Below are positions 1 through 14,600 of a stretch of DNA of 64,000 nucleotides, in pieces (the first letter of the stretch is position 1; each line of letters begins with the position of its first letter). Made by a program: the position numbers and the translations under genes. Source of the stretch: Lama glama. Taxonomy: Eukaryota. The notes beneath the pieces were generated by a model. It was not told the DNA's origin and searched no databases. It saw only the letters and a program-made list of their open reading frames with translations. The DNA lies in NCBI GenBank assembly GCA_028534125.1, contig CM052817.1, positions 46,192,001 to 46,256,000 on the forward strand, read 5' to 3'.

Positions 1-1364
1 AAGCTTATACAATATGAGGAATGTGATTTCAGGCCCCTATGTCCTTGCTTGATGTATCTTCAAGCCCTGCTTTCTTGAAGTTGATTCTGTTTCTGTTCAT
101 AGCCTGGGGTGGGTATTTTTTCATCTACTGAGATCTTGACTGTCTGGTGAAGATTTTCTAGTCTTTGTTCATAAACAAGAGGAGAGCTTTCTTAGCTCAG
201 GACTCTAAAAAAGTACCCAGGAGTCTTAACATCCTAAGCCCTAAGACATAAATCTATTACACATTCTAACCACCTCTCTCTTTCTTCCCATTATAGCTTC
301 AACTTCTGCTCTGTGACTCTGGGATCACTCTTTTTGATAACCTGGTAAGAGCCATTTCTTTCTTCTGAGTTCAGTCATGCACTAGCAATTCCTGACACAA
401 AAATCATCTTCCAAGTTAAAATGTACAGGTAGCAATGATACAATTATGTTATCAGAAACCATAGAAAGAGTGCTTTACAAAGCTATAGAGAACACCAGTG
501 ATGACATCAGATTCTGCTGTGGTGCTAAGTGGGAAGCACAGCAAATGTGTAATTCATAGTTCTTCGGTGGCAGAGTTGTGTTAATGGTAAATGAGCATTC
601 TCACTGAAGTGATATTACTGAAGTTCAACCAGTCTCACTTTGACCTTCAGTTTTCAGAGTACTTCAGAATAGAACTGATAGCTGAATAGTCACCTGTACT
701 TTTGAAGATACTGCTTGGATAGCATGATAGGCAATGAAAAGCAAATTACAGAAATGAATGTGCTGTAAAGATACTAATTCAACATGAAAGAAAGTGTAGA
801 ACATTCATCCTAGTACCAGCACAACAGGATTTAGCATCAATTGATGTGTCAAATCATTTCAGACCTATATTGAAAAGGACTTCCCCGCCGCCATTTCCAG
901 TGAAAGTGACTCTAATAGCATTTTTATTTTTGTCTGACAGTTATATTAACAAGAATTAGCATATGAAAAAATTTACATGGATGACACATAAAAAAGCCAT
1001 GCCATATAATTTTAACATCAATTGGATTTGTGTTTCCTGTTTTATTCATGCTCTGCTCAACAAGCTAGAACAAATGTACTCACATAATTTTGAAGCCAAA
1101 AGAAATCTTGTGGCTAAATTCTACATCAACGTCTCTATCCATGTACTTTGAACAAGAAGTTTTAAAAGCAATCTGAATATCTCTGGTACTGAATATTTCA
1201 GGGCTTTTTTCCCATCTTAAAAACATAAGGAAAAAATGACAGAATTAGAAGCAATAATCTTCCTGTAAAGAAATTATTGTATTGCTCACTTTCCATCTTT
1301 GCCAACAAAGATCTCCAGTAGAGTGTTTCTATGACTGAATGGAGTTGTGGGAGGTGTATATTAT

Positions 1365-1480
1365 TGTTAAAAATATGAATTCCTAGGCACTGACTCCTGG
1401 GATTCTGATTCTTTTGATCTGCATTTTAATAAACACCCCTCCTCGTGATTCCTATGCACACTAAATTTTGAGAACCATTG
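1365..1480. mobile_element. MER5-like hAT-Charlie fragment
   Basis: ttgttaaaaat...gattctgattc...atctgcattttaataaac...gtgattcctatgcacactaaattttgagaaccattg. Confidence 0.6.
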
Positions 1481-2699
1481 ATGTAAAGGCTACATTAAAG
1501 AGCATGGTAGGCAATACACCAAGACAAGTATTCAGAGTACACATATTTCTTTGGAAGTTGGTCATTTCTTTGATTACTGCCAGGCCACGTTAATTTATAG
1601 AAGAACTACAGACACTAACAATTCAGTGAACAGTTCCATCCAAGCTACAAATAGCAAAAGCAAGTGGAATTCAAAATATACATCCTGCAGTTTGAAATCC
1701 AACCACTAGATCTGTTGGATTGAAATAAGAAAAGACAAAGAGCATTTTTCAAGCAGAAATGGCACCAGAGAAGTGATTAAAATGTGGATGAAGAAAAGAA
1801 TTTTCGATCCGTGGGTCTTCTGATAATGAAGCAACCCTAATATATCTGATGGGAATACCAATGTTCTGATGGATTAGGTAAGAAATACACAAATTACTAG
1901 AATTTGGAATTCAAATAATCTGATCACAAGAATATCATTGAATATTAGCATTGATATATCTAGCCAGAATATCACTAGAAATAAACCATAATGTAAATGG
2001 ATAAAATTACACAAACTCAGATTTATTATTCCCTAAAGCATTTATTTTAGTTGGTTGAACAGTCTTACAGCATACCACTTGCTAAGTAAGCCAACGTTTA
2101 AACTGTATATTATGAAGATAAACCATGAATTCATTTTCACTTTTTAGTTTAAAAAAATTCAATGTTGTAATATTACTACTTTTTAATCATTATTTTTCAT
2201 GCAGAAAACAGTTATTTAGTTCTGAGTTTAAAGACTAATAAACACCTATGCTTCTCTGCCCTAACATATGAGTAAAACAGGTTTTTAAAGTCTTATTTTA
2301 TTACACATTTGTCTAAAACAAAACAATTTCAAACTACTGTAATTTTTATTTTGTTTTCTTTTAATAAGTGTTAACATTTACACTTTGAGAAAGTCAGGAA
2401 GCAAGCTCTTTGAGGTAAGGAGAGTCCGGATGCAGTGCTGGTAGCTTTGATGTGGGCTATGCCCATCAGAAATTTTGTGTCATAAATTTGATTCATATGT
2501 GTAAACATTGCATCTTTTTTCTAACCATTGCCAAAGATACCAAGAAAAGTCTTCAAAATGCCTTCAGTCATTTTACCTTAAAACATTTCACAAATTTTTA
2601 CAAAATTCAAAGAATTTTTTGAATTACAAGGATTACAGTTATTTGTCATCACATTGTCCATAAATTCAATAACAAAATAATATGCAAAAGATTAAATTC

Positions 2700-3022
2700 T
2701 TGATTTACAAAACAGAGATAGACTCACAGACATGGAAAACAAACTTATGCTTACCAAGGGGAATGGGGGTGGGGAAGGATAAATTAGGAGTGGGGATTTG
2801 CAGATACTAACTACTATATGTAAAATAGATAAACAACAGGCTCCTACTGTGTAGCACAGGGAACAACATTCAATACCTTATAACGGCCTATAATAAAAAA
2901 GAATATGAAAGGGAATATATATGTGTGTGTGTAGTGTGTGTAAAACTGAATCACTGTGTTGTACACCAGAGACTAACACAACATTGTGAATGGATTATAC
3001 TTCAACAAAAATAAATAAATTC
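2700..3022 (+). mobile_element. 5'-truncated L1 3' UTR fragment (artiodactyl-type)
   Basis: tttacaaaacagagatagactcacagac ... tgtacaccagagactaacacaacattgt, A-rich tail, taaattc repeated at both ends (TSD remnant). Confidence 0.85.
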
Positions 3023-4279
3023 ACTGCTTCCATCCAGTTTTAAGGTTAAACAAAACTGGATTGAGCTCAACTTTCAATCATCTGTTTAATATTAAAATAT
3101 GCCTTGTTTTATAAAGGCACCTACTGCAGTTTGGCTTCAGCTTGTGGTTGCATGAGCAATTCAGGGTTCCATAAATTATTCTTCAGTTGTATCCAATTTA
3201 TCATCCAAGATGATTCTGAAATTGACTTTGAAGGAAGCTTTAAGCAATTTTAATTTGGTCCTGTGATTGAATTCTCCATTTTACCTAGTTGAGGCTTCTC
3301 TCTTTGAAGTTGCAAATAGACTGATGATTTTCTTTCAAATGTATAGATAGTTTTAAAATATAATTTAACACTGATAATTTCACGCTTTTATATCTTGAGC
3401 TTTTCTCACCAAAGAAATATCATTATTTTGGATCATTTGTACCTTCACAATAAAACTAGTCTTTAATTAAGCATCTAAGTAGCTCTTAAAATTCATAGGT
3501 CTACTGCTGCTGCTTGCCGTTAAGGGTCCGCTGTGTGTGGTTGAGAGCCTGCTCTCAACTGCTTAATTTCAGGCTCAGTTCAGGGGGCCTAATGGACAAT
3601 TACTTTATTTCTTCATGCCTCATGATTTCAGGTTGTTCTAAATTTTTCTTATCGTGAACATTTTCTCTGTAAGCATATGAGTAAAATTTCTTGTTTTAAG
3701 TAAATGAAGAGCAAATATTTAAAACAAGAGAATTTTCAGTTACTTGTTTTATCTGGGAATGTATTGCAGAACGGTGGAGCTCTGTGCATGGACTAGGAAA
3801 AAACATTTAGTATAGCTCAACTCGGGCAGACAGTGAAACTGATTTATGGGAACCAGTGGTTTATGTAATTGAAAGTTTTAAATTGCCTTGAATTTATGAA
3901 GTTATAAATTAATTTTTCAGAAAATCTAACTGTGCAGGACTCCTGAGTACATCTAGAAAACATGCTTCTCAGCACAGCCATGTGGTTTACTCGCTGCAGT
4001 GTTAATATCCCTGTTCTCCTAAGCTTTAAAAAAAGGTGTCATTTTTTTCTGTCACTCTCCGCAATGTGCAGATTTTTTAGTCTTTGAGCTTTCATTGAAA
4101 AAACAGTGAGTTGGAACCATATGGAAAAGTGAGACAACATATGTCTTGTGAAACCTCTAAGGACCAAAAAATTCAGAACTTTCTACTTTAATCTTGGAGT
4201 AAATTTTACAGGTTAAGAAGATCGTCAGTGTTTAAGCTAACAGTGAAATCTGTTGACTAGTTTTATTTTTACAAGTCTG

Positions 4280-4735
4280 CAATCAGAGTTGGAACTCTAA
4301 ATATGGCTTGAATCAGGGCCTCAAAAACTGTCATCAGGGCTGGCGTCTCTTCAACACGTCTCATTTCTTCTCTGTGTTGTACTTTCATTCTCAGGCAGGC
4401 TATTGCCCTGTGGTGGCAGTGGTCACCTTTAGAAAAATCTAAGATTTCATTCTGCTAATTTAGCAGTGCAGTCCAAAAAAGAGAATTTTCTTTCTGGATA
4501 ATTCCCATAAAAACCCCAGGGCTGATTTTTTATTGGTGTGGATACCATAACATGCTTGCCCTTCAGTTAATGGCTAGTTTGGGTGATAATAGAATGCTCT
4601 GATTGCTCCTGGTGTCAGAGATGAGCTAAGTGCACTTAAACCAGGTACAGTGAAGGTGAAAGGCAACGGCATTCCAAAGCAAAATGGGGGTCCTTTGTTC
4701 AGAAGGGGCATGGATGCTGGCAAAGCAAACAAATG
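4280..4735. mobile_element. Old MLT1 (J/K/L-like) LTR fragment
   Basis: ttcattctcaggcaggct...gtggtggcag...ggatgctggcaaagcaaa motifs. Confidence 0.45.
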
Positions 4736-6035
4736 AATTTTTGCTGCATTTTACTACATGCTATGTATTTTGCTAGTCATGCAAACACAAACCACTGGAG
4801 GGTAAATCAATTATGATTAGGGGTGAGAAGCATTTGAAGATGTGCTCACTCACAGAAGGTTTAGTCCCTCAAGCAAATGGACTTCAGTCTGCCTAAAGCA
4901 TCAGTTTGTAGACACACGTTTTTTCCTAGCCCATCTAGACAGGCCTGACCCTGATGGTAGCATGTGTTAGGCTCAAGCTGGGGACCCTTGTATATACCAG
5001 TTTGATTCTTCTTTCTTACTGATTTCCTTTTGCTTAATGGTCCCTTCTTTCTATTAAACATTTTGTTAATTATTAAGCAAGTTCTTGCTACTGGAAGGTC
5101 TGCAGTTGGCATAAAATTTATTCCCTAATAGAAACTGCTGGAGGAAGGAAGCCAGTTTTTTTTTTCTGTACTATTTAAAAACTTTTGAACACAAGTAACA
5201 GTTTCCTCAGAGGGTTAAAAAATAAATAAAAAGGAGGGGAATAAATCATGCTGAAAGGAGGAAGAATTGGGACTCTTCACATTAGTACTGTAAATTGATA
5301 ACATTTGGAAGAGCACCATCTTAGAATGATAATGAATTTAGGAAGGAAAATATAGTCAGAAGGTGTTCTGTTCATTTATAGTTTGATAAGGAAGAGAACA
5401 GACATGGTGATAACAAGGCTGTCTGAGAGAACTAGAAAGCGCAGTACTGTGGGGCCTTGGAATTATGTCCTTGACATGCTTGTTAAAATTGAGACAGAGA
5501 AATGAGGGTTATCATAACCCCCAGCCCTCAAGGTCTTGAATGCCTAATATAATCAGAATATTTCAAGTGCCTAATAATTATAATTAAGCTTTAGGTTGAA
5601 ATACAAGGGTTATGATCATTTCAGGGTACAGTCAGATTTATTTGAATGCTTCTTTTGAAAATGTGAATTTATTCCAACATAAAGAAACAATTTGAGCATA
5701 ATAGGAATTTTTTGTTTCTTACACGTGAATTCACCTGAGAGAATTACTGGATGAATGCACAAAGCTGTTGCGCTGAGCTGAGTAGATGGCACCAAGTGCA
5801 CAAATGACATGCCCAAATCACAAGGTGTGCCACCTACCTTGGTTCAGGCTGGTGTTAGGAGCTACTCTTATCGAGATCTGATGTTTTCTATCCAGTTTCT
5901 ATAACCCTTCCTCTATCAATTCCACAAGCAAATGTCAGGTATTTCTGAGATAAATTACCCTACATACTGAACTATTTATTATTATTATTTAACCACTTAA
6001 AATGTATAAAACTGCACTACTGTTTTTACTGTTTC

Positions 6036-9000
6036 TTTTTTATTGAATTATAATTGACTTACAATATATATTGGTTTCAGGTGTACAGTACAGCAATATG
6101 ATATTTTTATACATTGTGAAACAGTCACCATGCTGTGTAGTCACTGTACAAAAGTAATTTAAAAATTATGAACTGTATCCTGTAAGCTGTACGTTACATC
6201 CCTGTAACTTAACTTATTTTGTAACTGGAGGTTTGTATCCCTTAGTCCTCTTTCCCCATTACGCCCATTCCCCCAACCTACCTCTTCTCTGGCAGCCAGT
6301 CATTTGTTCTCTGTATTTATGAGTCTGTTTCTGTTTTGTTATGTTTGTTGATCTGTTTTGTTTTTTAGATTCCACACATAAGTGAAATCATATGGTATTT
6401 CTCTGCCTGACTTATTTCACTTAACATAATACCCTCTGGGTCCATCAGTGTTGTCACAAATGGCAAAATTTCATTCTTTTTATGGCTGAATAATATTCAT
6501 ATATATATGTATTTGTTGTTGATATATGTTGATATGTATTAAATATACATTATATATAATGTCTTCTTTATCCCTTCATCTATACATGGTCACTTAGGTT
6601 GCTTCCATATCTTGGCTATTGTAAGCAACACTGCAGTCAACATCAGAGTGCATATATGATTTCCAGTTAGTGTTTTCAGTTTCTTTGGATAAATACCCAG
6701 AAGTGGAATTGTTTGAACATATAGTAGTTCTATTTTAAAAATTTTGAGGAACCTCTATACTGTTTTCATAGTGGCTGCACCAATTTACATTCCTACCAAC
6801 AGTGCATGAGTGTACCCTTTTCTCCACATCCTTACCAACACTGTTATTTGTTGTCTTTGATAATAGCTGTTCTAACAGGTGTGAGGTGATATCTCATTGT
6901 GGTTTTGATTTGCTTTTCCCTAAGGATTAATGATGTTGAACATCTTTTTATGTGCCTGTTGGCTGTCTGTATGTTTTCTTTGGAAAAATGCCTGTTTAGG
7001 TCTTCTGCCCATTTAAAATCTATTGTTTTTTGTTTGTTTTTTGAAGTATTTTGCTATTGAGTTGTATGAGTTCTTTATATATTTTGGATATCAACCCTTT
7101 ATCAGACATTTCATTTGCAAATATCTTCTCCCATTCAGTAGGTTGTCTTTTCATTTTGTTGATGGTTTCCTTCACTGTGCAAACACTGTTTAGTTTGATA
7201 TCATCCCGTTTGTTTATTTTTGCTATTGCTGCCCTTGCCTGAAGAGACATCAAAACAACAACAACAAAATACTGCCAAGATTGATGTCAAAGAGCATGCT
7301 GCCTATGTTTTCTTCTAGGATTTATATAGTTTTAGGTCTTACATGTAAGTCTTTAAGCCATTCTGAATTTATTTCTGTTTATGGTGTAAGAAAGTAGTCT
7401 AGTTTCATTCTTTTGCAGGTAACTGTCTAGTTTTCCCAACACAATTTATTGAAGAGACTGTCTTTCTCCATAGTGTGTTCTTTCCTCCTTTGTCATACAT
7501 TAATTGCCCATAGAAGTATAGATTTATTTCTGGGCTCTCTATTCTGTTCCATTGACCTATATGTCTACTTTTGTGCTAGTATAGTTTGAAACCGGGGAAT
7601 GTGATACTACCAACCTTGTTCTTCTTTCTTAAGAATGCTTCGGCTATTTGGGAAGTTTTGTGGTTCCATACAAATTTAGGATTATTTGTTCTAGTTCTGT
7701 GAAAAATGCCATAGGTATTTTGATAGAGATTGCATTGAATCTGTAAATGTCATATGGACATTTTAACAATAACTCTTCCAGTAATCAGTGAGCACAGGAT
7801 ATCTTTCCATTTATTTGTTTCTTATTCAGTTTTTTCCATTAATGTCTTATAGTCTTCAGAGTACAGATCTTTCACCTCCTTGGTTAAATTTCTTCCTAGG
7901 TACTTTGTTCTTTTTGATGCAGTTGTAAATGAGAAATGCAACAGATTTCTACATGTTAATTTTATATCCTGCAACTTTACTGAATTCATTTATTAGTTCT
8001 AGTAGTTTTTGGTGGAATTTTTAGGGTTTTCTATATATAATATCATGCTATCTGCAAATAGTGACAGTTTTACTTCTTCTCCTTCCATTTTGGATGCCTT
8101 TATTCACTTTTTTGTGTGTGATTGCTGTGGTTAGATCTTCCAGTACTATGTTAATAAAAGTAGTGAGAATGAGCTTCCTTCTCTTATTCCTGATCTCAGA
8201 AGAAAAGCCTTCAATTTTTCACCACTGAGTATGATGTTAACTGTGGGCTTGTCATACATAGTCTTTATTATGTTTAGGCATGTTCTCTCTATCCCCATTT
8301 TGTTGAGGGTTTTTAATCATATCTAGATGTTGACTTCATCAAATGCTTTTTTTGCATCTATGCACATGATCATGTGATTTTTATCCTTTGTTTTGTTAAT
8401 GTAAGTTTTCACAGTAATTGATAATGCAGATATTGAACCATCCTTGCATCCCTGGAATAAATCCCACCTGATCATGGTGTATGATCCTTTTAATATATTA
8501 TTGAACTTAGTTTGCTAATATTTTGTTGAGGGTTTTTGCATCTATGTTCAGCAGTGATATTGGCCTGTAATTTTCTTTTTTTTTGGTAGTGTCTTTGGCT
8601 GATTTTCATATCAGAGTAATGCTGACCTCATATAATGAGTTTGGAAGCTTCCTTTCCTACAATCTTTTGGAATAATTATAAAGGATAGGTAATAACTCCT
8701 ATTTAAATATTTGGTAGAATTTTCCAGTGAATCCATTTGGTCCTGGACTTTTGTTTCTTGGGAGTTTTTGGTTACTGATTCAATTTCATTACTAGTAATT
8801 GATCTGTTAGATTTTCTATTTCTTCCTGATTTAGTCTTGGAAAATTGTATGCTTTCTGTTTATTTACTTATTAATTATTTATTCATTTCTTCTAGCCTGT
8901 CTAATTTGTTGGTGTGTAATTGTTTGTAGTAGTCTCTTATGATTGTTTGTATTTCTGTGGTAGCAGTTGTAACTTCTTCTCTTTCATTTCTGATTTTATT

Positions 9001-10400
9001 TGTTTGGGTCCTCTCCCTTTTTTTTCTTGATGAGTCTGTCTAAAGGTTTATCAATTTTGTTTCTCTTTTAAAAACAAAATAGCTCTTAATTTCATTGCTT
9101 TTTTCTATTTTTTTGTCTCTATTTCAATTATTTTACTTTGCTTTTCATTGTTGATGTTCATTATTCCATTCCTTAGGCTAAATTTGGGCTTTGCTTGTTC
9201 TTTTTCTAGTTTCTTTAAGTGTAAAATTGGATTGCTTATTTGAGATTTTTCTTATTTTTTGATTAAGCCTGTATTAGTATGGTACTGCCTCTTATAACAT
9301 TTTTTGCTGCATCCTATAGATTTTGAAAAATTGTGTTTCCATTTTCATATGTCTCAAGGTATTTTTTAATTTCTTATTTGATTTTTTTGTTGATCCATTG
9401 GTTGTTTAGTAGCATGCGGTTTAATCTCCGTGTGTTTATGTTTTTCCCAGTTTTTTTTTTGCTCTTGTAATTGATTTCTGGTTTCATAATGTTTTGATGG
9501 AAAAGAAGCTTGATATGATATTAATCTTCTTAAATTTATTAAGATTTGTTTTGTTGCCTATCATATAATCTATCCTGGAGAATGTTACATGTGCACTCGA
9601 AAAGAATGTGTATTCTGCAGTTTTGGGATGCAGTGTTCTGTATGTTATCTATTAAGCTCATCTACTGTGCCACTTAAGGCCAACGTTGCCTTATACATTT
9701 TTTTGTCTGATTGATCCATTCATTGATGTAAGTGCAACATTGAAGTACCTACTATAATTGTATTACTGTCAATTTTCAATTTATGTCTATTAACATTTGC
9801 TTTATATATTTATGTGCTTCTATGTTGGATGCATAATTATTTACACATGCAATATCCTTTTCTTGCATTGACCCCTTTATGATAATCTAATACGTTTCTA
9901 TATGTTTTGCTGCAGTCTTTTTTTAAATTTTGTTTTGTTGTATATAACTATTGCCACTTTATCTTTTTTGTCTGTTTCCTTTTCATGGAATATCTTTTTC
10001 CGCCTTTTAACTTTCAGTCTGTGTGTGTCTTTAGATCTGAAGTGAGTCTTATAAGCAACATTAGATAGATTTTGTTTTTTGTTTTTTTTTTGTAAGTTGC
10101 TGCTGCATGTAAGAATTAACTCCTTATTTTTCTTTTTTTTAAACACCTTTATTGTGGTATGGTTCCTGTACAGTAAACTGCACATATTTCAGATGTACAC
10201 TTTGATGAATTTTGATAGGTGTATACATTCAGCCAGTCTGAGTTTTTGATTGGAGAATTTAATACATTCACATTTAAAGTGATTATCAATAGGTATGTTC
10301 TTACTGTCATTTTATTATTTTCTGGCTGTTTTGTAGTTTTTCTCTGTTCTTTTGTTATTCTCTTTGTCTCTTCCTTTGTGGTTTGATAACTTTCTTTAGT
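6036..10400 (-). mobile_element. Degraded L1 (L1MA-type): 3' UTR and most of ORF2, with internal deletions
   Basis: T-tract at 6036, L1 3' UTR, and ORF2 remnants such as [20 protein letters not shown]...[12 protein letters not shown] (7020-7253) and HFRSKDTHRLKVK (endonuclease start, about 9990-10045). Many stops and frameshifts. Confidence 0.93.
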
Positions 10401-10613
10401 ATTTCTTTTTTTTAATGTGATACTGACAAAGTTTTTGAGTATTATACCCGTAGACCCAATTTTCCCATAAATTTTTGTTGCTCAGTTTTGCAGTGTGATT
10501 ATTTTTTCTAGGAAGGCCTATGACATGTCATGGAAAAAAACTGTACTGAGTGCCAATAAGAGCTTCAACAGGATTTTGAAATATTTAATAATTTTAAGTA
10601 AAATTTATTAACT

Positions 10614-11026
10614 TGTTACGGAATGACAGGCCAGTCAAGAAACAAGCACCACTCGCAGGGTTGGAGTACTCAGATGTATTATGCCAGCGGGCTCAGAGGG
10701 GCTTCTGCTCCGAAGCTCTGAGCACCTCCAAGACGTGCGCATGAGGTTTTATAGGGTAAAGTACAAGCTTGGGGTATTCAGCCAATAGGCATGGAACAGC
10801 TTTAGCAGCATTATCATCACAAAAGTGGAGGTGGGGAGGCAGCAAACCAACATTCCAAAGCCAGATATGTATCTTTGAAAATCCAGCTGGCTAGCAAAAA
10901 AACATAAACAGCAAACCGACACTAATTAACCTAGATTTACAAGTTAGTCTAGCAGAACTCAGATCAGTATTCCAATACTTAGATTTGTGAGTTATCTTGT
11001 TAGCCCAGCCCGGTTTTTCCTTCACA
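10614..11026 (-). mobile_element. ERV1-class solo LTR, apparently young
   Basis: TG...CA termini, perfect 4-bp TSD aact (10610-10613, 11027-11030), TATAAAA on minus at 10753-10747, AATACA at 10680-10675, CpGs retained. Confidence 0.85.
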
Positions 11027-11099
11027 AACTAAGTCCTATGTTCTAGATATTTTATATACGTTAGCTATCTAATTTAACTTAATTCTAAAATGTCTCTAT

Positions 11100-11600
11100 A
11101 GGTTAGGTATAATTATTATCCCCATTTTATAATGTAGGCAACAGAGATTTAGAGGGGTTAAATAATTTATTTTCCACCACAGAGCTAATAAGCAGTTGGG
11201 ATTCAAAACCCAGCCCCCTGAGATTGCAAATCTTGCTTCACACAACATTTGCCAAGTGACAGCCGTGGTCAGAGTACTGTGCTGAGTGCAGCAGACCTTG
11301 GAACTGGACAGCCTTGTGGTCAAATCCAGGTTCCACCACCTGCTAGCTGCATATCATTGAATAAGTTACTTAAACTTTGTAAATTTCAGTTTCCTGATCT
11401 GAAAAATGGAAGACAATCATAATAAAATAGCTAATATTCTTGAGTACTTACTGTTATCCTCAAAAGAACTCTAGCAGGTAAATAATACCCTTTTTTAACA
11501 AATGACAAGATTCAGGTTTAGAAAAGTTAGGAAACTTTGACAAGGTAGCACAGCTGGTAGGAGGCAGAGCTGCGATTTAAGCCTCAGACTTTTCAACTCC
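11100..11600. mobile_element. MIR SINE fragments
   Basis: attatccccattttataatgtaggcaacagag; ttcagtttcctgatctgaaaaatgg; caaggtagcacagctggtaggaggcagagctgcgatttaa. Confidence 0.65.
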
Positions 11601-14600
11601 AAAAACTAGTCTTCTTAACTACTGTTCAGCACAGCTCCCAATAAAACTTTCCTCCAGGCTCTCTCTGAGGACTGAAAGAGATACTGAATAGAAATTAGTT
11701 TGCACTGTGCCCGGTCTATGGTATGCACTTAATGAATGAAGTCTATTATCATTATTATTACTACTACTATGACTGGAACTTAGCCAAGAACAAAAATCAT
11801 TATAATACAAGACAGAATGTTAGCACTATTTGAGGTATTAAAAAAATATAATATCCAAGGAGTTCAAAGGAGGGAAAGATGATATTTGTAAAAAACATAA
11901 TACTTTAAGGAGAAGGCAGAATTTGAAAAAAAAAATGTAGGATTGTAGGAGACAGAGCTGGAGGAGTGTAATGCATGTGGAGGGAACAGCAGGGACCCTA
12001 GCAAATAGGAATTGTGAGGTCTGTTTGGAGAGCAGATGGCAGCTATTGGCTGCAGCAGATGGTCTGCGTATGGAGCCCTGGGAGGGTAGATGAGAAAAGG
12101 AGACCCCTCAGAACCTCCTTGTGGAGGGTCTCACACTGCTGGGAGAGGATTCTTCGCTAAACATGATGTAAAATGGGGAGCTAGTTTGGTTTTTGAGCAG
12201 GGAGTTAATATAAACAGGATTGAACACTGAGAAAACAAATCTGGCAAGGGCTGTATCAGAGAGCGACTGAGGGTGTGGGCAGGGCAGAGTTGTCTGAGTC
12301 ATCAGACGCCGCCCCTGGCAGCTTCCAGGTGAGTGTAGGTTCTCCTAAAGAGCACGTTCCTGGACAACCCATCCGTCTGAGATTCCTTTAGGGCTTGTGT
12401 GGTTTGCAGAACAACAAGGCCCTCTGCAGGTATTCTGATGACTAGACTCAGAGGAATTTAGATGAGGTAGGATCTTAAAATTAATCCAGTCAAAGGACTG
12501 TGATGGTGGATGGTAAGGCCCATAGGAACCCTGCATGGGTAGCTTAATGGGAAAAGCAGGCTGGGTGTCAAGGGCACACTCTTTCTTACCAAAGCTTTGT
12601 AAGAATATAGAGTCAGATCGAAAGCCATAGGAAATATGCCTGTGGACTGGATGTGCCTTATAGGCTGCACGTTTTCAACATACAACTTCCAGTGAGGAGG
12701 GGAGTGTGGAGGTCATCTCTAGAGTATCACTTCTCCACTTAACAGACAAGAATAGCATGTACAAAGGGCCCCAGCAAAGTTAAATAATCACACAAGCAGA
12801 TCAGATCACAGGTCCTTTAAGTGTCCATCCACTGCAGATTTTTTAATGTTGCTTCCAATTTTTGCCCTAAGATGGACCACCACCATTGACTGTTTTTCTC
12901 CTAGGTATATGTGGGACTACGGTAGGCTTGAGAGGGATGTGGTGGGAAGGAGGTTGATGAGATTTTCCTGTCGGTGTGAAAACCACTCACTCCTCATCTC
13001 ATCACCAAACTGAAACAAGTGTGTCCCAGTTAGGATAACATTCATGCCAGAGAACCCTTGTCCACAGGCTGGGATCAAGTGTTCCAAGTGACCAACTTAT
13101 TCCATAAGTCCTAAGGATAAACCAGGGTTCATTTACAGTCTTAAGTCTCTCCCTGGGCTATACATTGAACTATCAGCAGCGTGAAGCTTGTTCTGGCCCC
13201 ACCCTAAGGATGGTATGCATATTTTAACAATCTGTAGATGACAGCAGGGAATTTTTGTGGTTGATCCACGATGAAGGTTATTATTTTATATAACTTAAAG
13301 AAAAGTCTTTTTTTCATTTGTGTGTAGCTCCCTTGGGTATATCTCTAAGCTCATCAAAAAAACTAAACCCTTACGCTAATATTTTACATAAAATCTTAGG
13401 AAGCATTATCATATAGAGTTTAGAGGAGGGACTTTGACATCAGATCTACCCAGTTGGGTCTAGACTTTGCCACTTAAAGGCTATGTGATCTTGAAAAAGT
13501 GAACTGTCTTCTCTAAGCCTCAATTACACACAGGCATGGATTAATTAAAATAAAGCTAATAATGTTTTTCAAACATTATAAGTGCTCATAAATGGTAGCT
13601 ATATTGCACTATTACTTCAACTTGGTTTGTGAAGGGACTTAACACTGAATCAATATTTTCATGCAATTTCAAAGATCTAGATATGCCTTTTTTTCCAGAA
13701 AGATGAGAATCCTAATTAACATCTTCTTAAAGATCAAAAGCACAGTGAGTTTGATACTCACGGACTGTGGTCTTAACGGAATTTCAATCTAAATGACTTA
13801 TGCTCCAATATTGTCTGAGACGTAAAAATTACAAAGAAAGGCCATAAAGTATAAAGGTAAGATCTAACTAAGCAGTTCAGTTTTTCTTGTTACCATATAA
13901 TCACATTTCTAATCTTTATGAGATGCTTCTTTGGAAGTCATGAGTGTTGCCCACAATCTGTAACGTCCGTCATGTTTAGCTTTGGCCGAGGAGCGAATTG
14001 TAATGATGGGACACATTTATTCCTGTGGATAGTCTCAAGGAGTGTGGCCTTTGAATTCTTAGGAAATTAACTACTTAGGCTCTTGTACTATGAGCTGTGC
14101 ATTCAGTGACTTGATAGTTAACAGAGATTTAGAGCTAAATTTGAAAGATATGCTTCTGAATGTGCTACTGAACAGGGCTGTGCCAAAAATTTGGACGAGA
14201 AATGTGGACTTACCCAGATTAGCAGTGCCAGACTCTGACAAATTAAATTTCAACACTTCCAGTTCATCTTGGCAGATGCTAGTGTCCTGATGTCATGCGG
14301 TTATGATGTAAGCCAGAAAGTGATATTTTGCAATAGAGATTCTGGTAACCCTTCCCTTGAGTGTGGGTTGTAGGATATCAATATTTACATCACACCACAG
14401 AGTGCATTACAGTTTGCAAGGCAGAGAACTTATATGGTTGACTCATGGTCTTCGGCAGAGAAGAACTGTCCTTATGTTCAACATCAAAAGCTTAAATTGC
14501 TCATGTTTGCCTTGTTATTTCCTTGAGACATTTTTTTCAATTACATGTAATGAATGGAAATCTTGATGTCACCAAAGTGGACAATTCAAAATTAAAGGAC

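Noticed and set aside
1..6000. Search for EREG or other exons downstream of EPGN
   Set aside because: No EGF-like or other recognisable exon found. EREG is expected beyond the window start.
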